DNA of 64,000 nucleotides from Phoronis australis (lineage: Eukaryota; Animalia; Phoronida). Of the stretch, positions 12,809-24,240 are shown one piece after another; positions within the stretch are counted from its first letter, which is position 1; the number at the start of each line of letters is the position of its first letter. A program made the position numbers and the translations under genes. The notes under the pieces are model-generated. The model saw only the letters and a program-made list of their open reading frames with translations. It had not been told where the DNA came from and ran no database searches. The stretch lies in contig NMRA01000943.1 in NCBI GenBank assembly GCA_002633005.1, positions 25,270 to 89,269 of the forward strand, written 5' to 3'.

Positions 12809-13764
12809 CAATTGCAGGATAGTGGAGGATTTCAGTCACGGGTGTAGTTGAGGCTCAAGTTGACGTTACATGAAGAAAGGAGAGATATGTGCAATAAAAT
12901 TACCCACAGTGCATTTTGTTCTTGCAAGAAATTCGTAAAAAGTCTAGATTACGCAAGTGCAAAGTTTTTGCAATTATCAATGAATGTAATATTGTTATTT
13001 AATATCCAGTTATGGCATAAATGCAAAACAACAGTAAATCAAAGACCTAGCGTCCCCAAATCAGAAACTACTAGTAGAAATCTCTGAAATGGGGACGCTA
13101 CGTTATCATTTGTATAAAGTAAGGCCAGATATTGATTTGTTGCTTTGCATTTTCACTATTATGTTTAGGATCCCAATACCTTAAACTAGCAAAAACTCGG
13201 CCTCTGAAGTGATTAGTCGGCGAGGTTGAGGTTATCACTATCCCACTGAGGAAAATCAACAGGAAGTGACATCACTTCAGCTCATGCCTAACCCCAACCG
13301 TCCTGAAAGCTAACGGGTAACAGCAAACCGCACGTTGTGTCATTCTAGTTGGTGCGGTAATGCCCAATGCATGTTGAATGGTGAGATAGAATTCACTTGC
13401 CTCTGCACGCGCTTCGTGAGTTGTGTTTAGTTTACGTAAAACAGCTCTCATGAACGCATGTAGTTCAAGTTAGGTAAATGGGATGAAAGAAGATGAATGT
13501 TCATTAAACTAAAATTTATTGACGTCTCAAATTTATTTTATATCCTCCACCCTCCAGACAATAATAAGGATAGTACAGAATTGCCATAATGACATTCCCG
13601 GGGTACATGAGATTCGCCAACGACAGGAATGGAACTTGAAGCAAAGATCATTGATCCTCAGCACTACTACTAGCTTGGCTTGTATTTGTTTTAGAACAGA
13701 CATTTTAAGACTGTTCGCACTACGTTGATTGCTGGTCGGCCCACGTTGATCCTGGCAATGCATT

Positions 13765-16700
13765 CTAGCTTGTGTGACCTTTTTGTTGGGAGCGTAGTCG
13801 ACAATACTCTTTGAGCCTGTGTAGAGAAAGAACATGACTGTGATTAGACACCCTGTTTATACACTTATGGTTATGTAAGACTCACAAAATTTAAATTTGT
13901 CTAAACATGGCTAACTTCATAGGATCATATCCCAGAAATGGCTGATCAGATTCATATGAAACTTTCACACTATATACATGTACTATTAAAACTAGAAGTG
14001 TTCTTAAAAATGCGGTGCAATGGTCTTTAAAATGTACAATTTTGCATGTGAGCGGCTCATTAAGAATGAGGTTCCTCACCTGAAACCACTGTTTAGGTTT
14101 GAGTTTGCTCATAGAGTATATTGACAGTGCCGATGTTGAGTTTAGGCAAGCAGATTGGAAATGGTGTTTGGTGGTCCAGAATTGAGGTTCAAAGTATGGA
14201 AACTGGAGTTAAGAGGCGGAGCCATGAAATCATTTCCACCCTCTGTAACCTGAGCGTTAACTACTTCACTCAGTTAATGCAAGGCTAAACAATTTTAAGA
14301 ATAAAGAACTTGGATAACGCATCCATCATCAAAAACGACTGTTGATGACTCGTACCTCAAAGCGTTGACCTTGATGAACCCTCCAGCATCAACGGGGTTG
14401 TAGTCGCCCTGTACATCCATGCTGTCAAAATGAATCATAATAATTACTTAGATGATGTTTGACAACATACAACAAATTAAATATAAATTTATTGCACTGC
14501 TCTAAATCATCTTTGTGGTAACAGAAATAAAGTTTTGCCTTTGTAAGGACAATGTATGAGATCGAATTGTCAAAATGAGAGGCCCAGCTTTCCTATCGTT
14601 TCACCGCTGATCAGAATGAAATCGCTACAATTTTCACCCTACAAGGCATACCACATTTGAGCAGCCCGCAAAGCGACCTCAAATGTAAGCATCCCACAAG
14701 GTCACAGTGACGCATGTTCTTACCTGACAAGCTCTTGGCTGTACAAGGAGTTGGGTGACTCCCTACTGTTGATGTACACTTGACCTTTAAACACAGACAA
14801 GGTCACTTTCCCATCTACGCTCTCCTGACTCATGTCAATACATCGTCTAGTGTACTCACACTCAGGGCTGTACCAGAAACCTAACATGCAGACGGTAAAT
14901 ATTTATCAATTTAGGACTATTGCTAATTAAAACTGTAGTTCTCCATTTCCCAAAGATGTCATTTTAACAAAGGGCTGTGGGATAGCGATCATACAGCACA
15001 CAATTTCTCGAGACGACATCATGTTAGTAATATTTTAACCTGCTACATGTTCATTTTATCATAGATATATGTGTAGCGTCTATTCAAAATCAACTGACAG
15101 CTAAGTAAGCAGGTAATCAATCGTCTAGTACGTAATACTTTCTAGATTAGAGGACTTGTATCTCACACATGTATACAGTATGCATTGATTTTCATTATCA
15201 ATAACAAGTAAGAGCAACGTGAATCATTTGCTAATGGTATGCTTCTGTATCATAAATATGGCCACTAGATTGTGCAAAATACATCAAAGCCATCTGTCAA
15301 ACTTCAGAGAAGCAAATTGGAAAATAGAAAAAAAAAAAAAACAATTGCCACTAAGGGGCACAGCGTTTGCCGGATTTTAGTGAAAGTCATCCTCGACCGT
15401 TGTCAATCTCATATAAATACACTTGCTAAATTTCATACAGATTCTGCAGTAGGTTTAAGAAGCGTAGAAATGAACATCATAACTGCCACCAAGAGGTGCC
15501 ACAGCAAAGTCGTCTGAAAGTCATCGTCAACCATCCTCTTCTTACTATAAAGAACATGTCTGCCAGTTTTCACAATCATCCTTTAGAATGGTTGGGTTGA
15601 CAGAGGGGTGGACTCAAAAATGGACATTAGGTGGCGCAAAATACCTCGATTCAATCCCAAGACAGGAGGATAGCGTCATCTCACCAATAAATGCCTATAT
15701 TCCAAATTTTATGAAAATCCATTAAGGACCCTTAAAGATATAGAGATACACGGAAAAAAATAAAATTGCCATCAGGGGGCACAGTGGTATTTGAGATCTT
15801 GCGAAACTCGTCACCCTCTGTCATCAACCCCGCAAGAACACACCTGCCAAATTTCAGTAAGATCCTGCAAGGGGTTTAGGAGATACAGTCTGGACGCCCA
15901 GACAGATATGACAGCAATATGCAACCTCATATAAATATGTGGGTGCATAAAATGGTTACAAACATTTTTTTATTCAACATAACGTGCATAGTTGTTAAAT
16001 CAAAATATTACACAAGGTTATGAAATATTAAGTGACGTTACAATTGCAGAATACAATAAAACAGCATCAACTGGAAGCCCATCACCATGAATTTAAAAAT
16101 TAATTAAATCGGTTTTTGGCCACAGTAAGATTATAAACCGGACGATCGCCACACAAATAAAAAAGTTCATGTTCAATTCAACATTTCGTCTTTTCATTAG
16201 ACATCATCAGGATCATATTTACAACAATTTAGGACAACACGTGCCAACATACAGTTCCGGTAACATCCATAAAGTTAAGTGAGAGATATAGGGAATATAG
16301 CCAGAAGCTGGTCATCACCATAGTTGCAGGGTCACTGAGCTCTGCGTGTTATTCAGAGTATCAGTGGCATGCTGGTTCTGAATGGCCAATGACTCTTTAA
16401 TGTACAGTAACTCCTTATTAGGTTCTCTGCAGATAATACTAACTGAGTTAGCTTGGTGATTGTTGGCACGTGTTGTTCTAAATTGTTGTAAATATGATTC
16501 TGATGATGTCTAATGATCAAGACAAAACGTTGAATTGAACATAAACCTTTTTATCTGTACGGCTATTGTCTGGTTTTTAATTTAAAAATGAAATGAAGCT
16601 CACAGTAAAATTAGTCCAACAATTCGTTATCAATTGCTAGCAAGTCACAGAGAAGAGTGTATTACTAGCAGTAAGGCTAACGTGCAGTCATGAAAATTTT

Positions 16701-19700
16701 CAATGTAGTCTCCAATAGGTTTAGTAACCTTTAGAAAAAACGTCCACAATCTTGACTTCAGCAGTGCCAAGCTTTCTAGTGGGACAACGAGATCGCCTTC
16801 AGCACTTCAGTCATACAACCCAGTCCCCCACTGGGATAGTTTGGGAGTTGCTGTCTAGACTGCAACTTTGCTGGAGCAATTCAACATCCCAAATGTTTAC
16901 TTTGCGTAATAGAGCAATGTACAAGATCATGACCCAGACATGTTGCATAACTCAAACAGGCTCCTTTGACCTTGCGAGATATCCTGAGTATAAACAGAAT
17001 AATTCCAACATGCAAGAATGCAATTACCTTCGTACACCTGCTCTGAAAACCTTGTGCCCAGGTACTGTTTTAGTCGGCGCACCTCTTTATCCAGGCAGAA
17101 TGCCTCTATGTCCAGGTGAGCCTGGTACAGAATGGTACCACCAGAGGTCTCATAGACACCTGCATCAGTAATGGGGTACTTAGTGCTATATCAGACAGAC
17201 TTAACACTGAGGTGTAGGCTACATGAATAGGATGAAATGTAGAAGATGACATCGTAAATGAATGGAATCCGATATAACCACACCACTTGTCAGTGTTTAT
17301 GCCTGGATTGTTAAAATTTATTGAGTAACGGAAAAGTAAGAGGTAGGGGATACCGTGCAATGCAATTAGGACGTTGGGATGTAGAACTCCCAATTCTTGA
17401 AAATTTCATGATGGACATTTCGTCGGGTGTCGGTGCTAATGCTCCCAGATAAGACAGAAAGGTACAGTGAAATTGAAGGTGCTGGCCATGTTTGATTCTA
17501 GTTCGACAATCCTTACACTATCAACTAAACTGGCAAGCAAGACTATATGGTCGCTTCAGGTGAGATAATGGATGACTGTACTTTAGGGAAAGTCTTGCAT
17601 CAAACCAGCAAATCTTTTTGAGATGCAACACTGGGGATAGGCTTTCGTTACAGGGAACAACTAATTGTTAATACATCCGCAAGAACTTTTTTGGGTAAAA
17701 TCACTAAAACACATTTTCGAATCCTTTTATTGGTCACCATGGACACAAGAAAGCAAACCCTCAGATTATATGATTTGGGGAAAATTCAAGGTTCACATAA
17801 TTTTTAAGTTACTTTTAAGCACAGAAAAAGCAGCATTCTGCAAATAACTAATAATCACATTAAAAGGCTATTAATATGTAAATCTTCAACTGTAATGGAA
17901 ATATAGATCACAAACATTTTGAAGTCTGGTCTGCACACCACCTATTGGCCACTGGCTAAAGCGTCTGCATGGTTAGCAGAGGGTCCTGGGTTCGAGTCCT
18001 GGTCGGGGACTGAAATCTTTTCAGACTAATGTTCATTTGGTCACGCGATGTGGTGTGCAGACCAGACATAAAATTAATGTAATATTAAAAATTACTAAAT
18101 TTCAGTTTCCATTCCCTAGTTAGTCATAATTGATTATTGACTTACTAACAAGGAACAATACATACCTTTTGTATAATATGAACAGATGTAAACTTGGCAA
18201 CAGCTTAGTTTTCAAAATAAACCGGACGTTGATATTTGACAAAGGTTCAACACACAAAGCCAAGAGGAAATATCAATTTCTTTTTGACTGGACCATGTTT
18301 CTTCAATTCAGGCTATATTGCGACGAGTGTTGATCAACACACTTTACTAAAAATGCCAAAACTTGTCTTATAAATAGCGTCATGTTAAATTTTGATTAAA
18401 TTTTGACAAATGTACTGGTTCATTCAAATAAATGTTCTGACAAAATAATAAATAATCCTGGCAACACATTCGTCTAACTTTGGAAAGAATCTGAAAGAGT
18501 TCTAATTTCTTTTGAAAACTTCAGAATCTGTAGATTACATTAAGACCCAAGAAGCAGTGAGCAACACAGTTTATGAAGGTCATTTTTTCACCGACTGAAG
18601 CACAGAGTTTACAAACAAGACGAAAAATTTGACGAGAGTCACCAAACTTACAGCGGAATCCAAAAAAAAAAATTGAAGACATTTTACAAGAAATGAAGAC
18701 CATTAATTATAAGAAACAAAAAAACTGCGAGCCGAGATATTCCTCAAGTTTTGGAAAATTGCGATACTTAGGACTTTCAGAAGCGTGTTACAAATTGAAA
18801 AAATTATAGTCGCACGCACGCCAAATGAAGCAAAATGTAAATCTGACCACCAGGTGGATGTGACTTTCATTTACCTCGTGAATTCTTCCCAATGAATCTG
18901 TTCTCAACAATATCAACGCACCCAACACCATGCTTTCCACTGCAAACAAAATCAGAACAGCGACGGCTTAAGAATTGGAATTTTAAGGAAATTTAGAGCA
19001 TTAGCAGTTATTTTAGCTTCTGAACAAACTGATCTATGAAATGCATCAAATATTGATGCACAAATGAATATTAAGACAATTTGGTGACCATGTACTATTT
19101 AATATGAAATGAAGGGTTGACAGATGATGCCTTTTTTGAAAGATCGTAGCATGTACTGTACCACTGGCAAATTTCATTTGAGTTTCGACTCAAAAAGTGA
19201 CCGATTGTGAATCACGTTCCAAATTAGTAAACTTTCAAACTCCACACAATGTGATTGGTCAACTTGTGAGTCAGCTCCAAAGGCAGTGAATTTGGCCTGG
19301 GTCTCCAAAAATTACAAATAGCATCATAGAAAGAGACCTCGGAACTCTGTTTAATGCGTTATTTTCCAACTATTTCAATATCAAACAAAATGAACTACCA
19401 AAATTATAATTTTATTAATTTTTCAAAGACTGGTCTCCTTTCTGAAAATATTGTCAACGAGTGTCCTTTTTATAATAACAGTAGAATGTAGACCATACAC
19501 AGAGATTTAAACAGGATTTGATTTTATTCCCATCCATGCATCCTTTGTCACAAATATGTGACGCAACAATTCGTCTTGTCCAACACATTGTGTGTGCTAA
19601 AATAAGTGAACAGTACCATTACACAGAAACGAAAAATACGAGACAATTAGGGAAACTCAAAACATTACGCAATGGTATTTAAGCACAGGAAAAGATCGAG

Positions 19701-22700
19701 CGCATCGTTCACGACACAACCGTCGTTAAGGTTCTTGACCGACACTGCTACACCTGGGAAGAAATGTCAATGACTTGTCAATCAATAACCACAATTACCT
19801 GCACCAACCATGAATAACACAGGCTACACATACCAAACTACACAGCTGGACAGACTGCAGGCTACCTTTTCAATGTTCAAACTCTATACCACAGCTATCG
19901 CCAAACAATACTTTGAAAATTTATGGGCATTTTTGCAACTGTTTCAAACCCCTTCGAAAAATTTAAAAAGGGCCAATTTGACAGCAGTACTATTTTTGTC
20001 CGAAATTGGAGTGATTTTGAGGCAGCAAATTCCTACAGATTTAGTAGATCATGAATGCCATGGCAACAATTTCAAGGCTTGAAATAACAAATGACAAAAA
20101 AGAGAAAAGTTTTCTAGGTGGTGTAGAGGCTTGTGCCATAGAAATATTTTTTGTGTTGTGAAATTTAACTGAAAAAACGATTTTACATGAATGAAGTCGA
20201 AATAAGGATAAAAAAGAGACGAAGAAAGAGGAAATCAGAAATCAAATAAGAGGAAATCAAAACCAAAAAAAATTTCAACCCTCTTAAAAGAGGAAATTTA
20301 AAAGCCCTGAATTTGCAGGGTGCCAAATTTCTTTTTCTTTATTAGTTGCACAATGTCAGATTGTGACATAAAATTTGCCAAAAAGCATTCGCTGGAAGCT
20401 TTTGATTCGCAACACAAAGTAGTACAGTAAAAATTCTCGAGTTTGGTAGTCTCTGAAACTTGTGACACTGAAATTCCAGCCAAAATGGATCTGAAGAATG
20501 GGACAACTATTATACATTGTAAAGTCTGAACCGTAAAATTGTCAAAAACAGCTGCCAACAAAACTAACATCTTTTTGTAAGTTAGGCATGGCTAATATTA
20601 GTATTTCTAAAGTTGATACTGATCCAACCTTGAATAAAATAATTAATTTTCACTGTGTCCTAACTTGGAGACTTGTTACCATTATTGGCGACATTCTACC
20701 CCCTGCAAAGTATGAGTAACAAAACCTATGTTGAACTGAATGAAAAACTTAAGATTGCCAGAAATAAAATACTCCAAAAATTCCAATGACCAATTCAAAA
20801 AGGCATCAGTGCAGTGTAAGTTAAGTTTTGGCCAGATGGATATAGACTGCTGTTCACTTACCAAACAAACCTATACGGTAACTATAGCAACAAAAGCCTT
20901 GTATACAAAAATCTAAAAGGACCACACTTAACAAGAAGTTAAAGTCACAATTCATCCACAGACAACGTGCGCATAGAGCGGGGAATTGAAATGTTTACGG
21001 AACAACACTCGGTTTCTTGCACAAAATTTCACCAAGGACCCGGGACTTACCTAGCAACTGCCATGATAGCCATCACTGGGATAGCCAGTTTTAAAGAACG
21101 ACAGCTTGGACATGGCCAAGAGAGAAAAAATGCTCGTTTTAAGATAACCTCAGCGAAAATGATGGCTACATGAAGAATGTAACATTTCTGACTGTGTAAA
21201 TTATATTGCAATTGGGTACAAATAATTGGTTCAGTTCCGTAAATATTCAAACATAAATCCAGATTACAGACTATTACCCACAATGTTTACCATCACTATC
21301 AAACTGATGATCGGAAATGCTGGCAGCCATAATTTTCCCTGTCCTGTGACCTCAGGGTGACCGCATACGAAATCCCCCCATATGGCGAGACAGTATCAAT
21401 CTCATGAATTTACATGGCAATTGCCCACTTTTCACATCCCAGAAGAGTCCCTGTCATGGACCCCTCAAGGACAAGGAAATACTTGGCATGACAGCAGTAC
21501 CTCGTTTGAATTCAATTTCAAGTTTGTCTGGTGACTTTCTGGGGTCAGTGGTCATTAAGAAAAGATCAGGTGCCTCAGTCTTGGGATCTTCAAGGATTCC
21601 AGCTTCATAACTAATGGAGAAAATGTCAAAGGGCAAAGGTTAACCTACTCTGTAATGCCATAAACAACAAACAATAACAATAAAAAGAACTAATCTTAAA
21701 TTTATCACGACTTATGAATTGATACCATTGTTGTAGTCCCAGTGTTTATAACATGTTCATGATGGACAACTCTGCACCTGATTACCCATTGTTAATCTCC
21801 AAGGAAAGATAAACTCAGCTGAAGTTGGCCAATTGCAATGAAGATTAGGTAGGAATTTAAGGATAGCCAATCAATTGAGTTGTCAAACTAGACTCAGGTG
21901 AGGTATGAGTGTAGAATTCTTAACATGTTTGGGGCTTAACGAGTTATAGCCACAACAATAAGCAGAGATACTACCTGATGTGCATGCGATTTGCGTCCAT
22001 GCTCCAGGGGGAGCTCTTGGTGACCGGTAGGGGTATGTTGTTCTTTTCGGCATAGTCTAGGAGATCAGTTCGACCTTTGAACCGCTCGAAGAACTCTGGC
22101 ATCCTCCATGGAGCTATCACCTGCGTCAGATCAATTGACAATTCAACATGGCACTAAACACGGAGAAACTAAAATGGAGGACACATTTAAACTCAAGGGG
22201 TTAACGAAAGCGGAGGACTTGAACCTCAAAATCCAAAAAATGATTTTCTGGTAAATATCAAATGACTCTGACAGTTAATGGCTTCCAAAATTGAACAAGC
22301 TGCTCTGAGGCAAATCTTGGACTAGGCACGGGATAATTAGCACACAGAGTAATTAGCACAGGGTAATTAGCACTGAGTAATNNNNNNNNNNNNNNNNNNN
22401 NNNNNNNNNNNNNNNNNNNNNNNNNNNNNNNNNNNNNNNNNNNNNNNNNNNNNNNNNNNNNNNNNNNNNNNNNNNNNNNNNNNNNNNNNNNNNNNNNNNN
22501 NNNNNNNNNNNNNNNNNNNNNNNNNNNNNNNNNNNNNNNNNNNNNNNNNNNNNNNNNNNNNNNNNNNNNNNNNNNNNNNNNNNNNNNNNNNNNNNNNNNN
22601 NNNNNNNNNNNNNNNNNNNNNNNNNNNNNNNNNNNNNNNNNNNNNNNNNNNNNNNNNNNNNNNNNNNNNNNNNNNNNNNNNNNNNNNNNNNNNNNNNNNN

Positions 22701-23124
22701 NNNNNNNNNNNNNNNNNNNNNNNNNNNNNNNNNNNNNNNNNNNNNNNNNNNNNNNNNNNNNNNNNNNNNNNNNNNNNNNNNNNNNNNNNNNNNNNNNNNN
22801 NNNNNNNNNNNNNNNNNNNNNNNNNNNNNNNNNNNNNNNNNNNNNNNNNNNNNNNNNNNNNNNNNNNNNNNNNNNNNNNNNNNNNNNNNNNNNNNNNNNN
22901 NNNNNATTAATTTGTCAATTTTTTTCATATTACTGTAAAAAATCACACCAGCATTGTTTTACTTTTTGTAGCAAGTTATAATCAGCCGACATCCCACACC
23001 TACCTCACAGTTAGGATACAAGGCGTAACAGCAGAGTTCAAAGCGTATTTGATCGTTCCCCTTCCCCGTGGCTCCATGAGAGATGTACTGGGCATTGTGG
23101 TCTTGAGCCACCTGCACTAAAGCT
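13765..23124 (-). CDS. ASS1: Argininosuccinate synthase, 5'-partial and possibly degenerate; complement(join(13765-13816,14356-14421,14724-14880,17028-17159,18875-18939,19669-19753,21501-21610,21975-22120,23004-23124))
   Basis: Nine GT-AG exons in consistent phase encode [126 protein letters not shown]. Exons for about residues 1-99 (human numbering) were not found. Confidence 0.9.
15203..15950 (+). mobile_element. Interspersed non-autonomous repeat (HINE/DINE-like, terminal hairpin); related copy at ~23760-24240
   Basis: Shares blocks with 23760-24240 (TTTAGGAGATACAG, GTCAAC..CCTCTT, CATCGTCTCAC-like) and ends in a C(C/T)CATATAAATATGTGG hairpin followed by ...CATAA. Family assignment is inference. 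Confidence 0.55.
16128..16582. mobile_element. MITE/foldback element with ~120-bp imperfect TIRs
   Basis: 16128-16249 (…GTTCAATTCAAC…TTAGACATCATCAG.ATCATATTTACAACAATTTAG.ACAACACGTGCCAACA) is the reverse complement of 16461-16582. Confidence 0.8.
17924..18067 (+). mobile_element. tRNA-like cassette enclosed by a perfect 18-bp inverted repeat; shorter relative at 9266-9354
   Basis: IR GTCTGGTCTGCACACCAC / GTGGTGTGCAGACCAGAC; internal anticodon-like arm TCTGC-ATGGTTA-GCAGA; B-box GGTTCGAGTCC at 17989-17999; no intact acceptor stem. Confidence 0.6.
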
Positions 23125-23759
23125 CTGGAACCAACACAAAGTTAACGTCACACACTGACTAGCAAACTCTACGCTTAGTCTCAGTTAGTGATATTGTATG
23201 AAGGGGCCCAATGAGAACCTGGATATAATGCGACAAGTATGTTCTATTTATCATTTTTATGATCCATTTTGTTTCCTCAGTTTTTCCATGTTATTCATCA
23301 CTTTGTATTTAAATTTTGTCTAATTTGTAATTCTGTTAGTTTGTCTTTAATTGTCTTTGCATGTTTTTACTGAGGGCCCCCATGGAAAGCAGTGTGAACT
23401 GATGGGGCTACCCTCATAGTAAATATTACATTTAATAATAAATAAATGTGAAAGCAATTTCTGAGATGCAAAGTTACAAAGTTAGCTGGATATTTTTCTA
23501 GGGTCCAGCATAACCTTAAAAGGGCATGCTTCAGATATGGGCCTATGTCAAGCGGTTGGATAATGGTTTATAATTTGTGTGTTTAAGTATTAGTGTCCTA
23601 CAATGGACATGCCATTAACTAATAAGAACATGAATCAGAGTTTCACTTGTTGGGAGAAAGACAAGTGTTACACATTCATTTAATAATTATTAGACACTGT
23701 ACAACCCAATCTAAATATATGCTATTCAATTCTCCCTAACCCACAACCTGCCAAGAGAC

Positions 23760-24240
23760 AACCATGGTTTTTACATTAATTTTTCTTACATAACCCACAT
23801 GAAGGTAACAGTGGGTTATTGATCACCCAGATTTTTTAAGCACACTAGCAAAATTCAATAAAGATCCTAAACAGCATTTAGGAGATACAGCCATGGGCGC
23901 AAAAACAAACAAAACTACCACTATGAGGCGCCACAGTATTCAAAGTCGTTGGTAAATCATTGTCAACAGCCCTCTTCACAGTAAGATCATATATATGACA
24001 ATTTTCAAAATCATCCCTAGCCTAGAGCGTATTGGTTGATAGAAGGGCAGACGCCAAACACAGATTCGAAAATAGGAAAAATGGCCACTGGGTGGCACAA
24101 AGTACCGCGAAAACCGTCGAAAACGGGAGGACGGCATCGTCTCACTAACAGATGCTTTAGGAGATACAGCTATGGACGCCAAATGCCTAGACAGAGATGA
24201 CGGCAATATGCGACCACATATAAATATGTGGACACATAAC
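23760..24240 (+). mobile_element. Second copy of the 15203-15950 repeat family
   Basis: Shared internal blocks and the same terminal CCACATATAAATATGTGG hairpin; left boundary approximate. Confidence 0.5.

Noticed and set aside
17945-18010. Functional tRNA gene
   Set aside because: Acceptor stem and D-arm are incomplete and it is embedded in a repeat; treated as tRNA-derived.
22353-22946. Long ORFs spanning N-runs (also 7924-8308 and 55184-56007)
   Set aside because: Artefacts of translating through assembly gaps.
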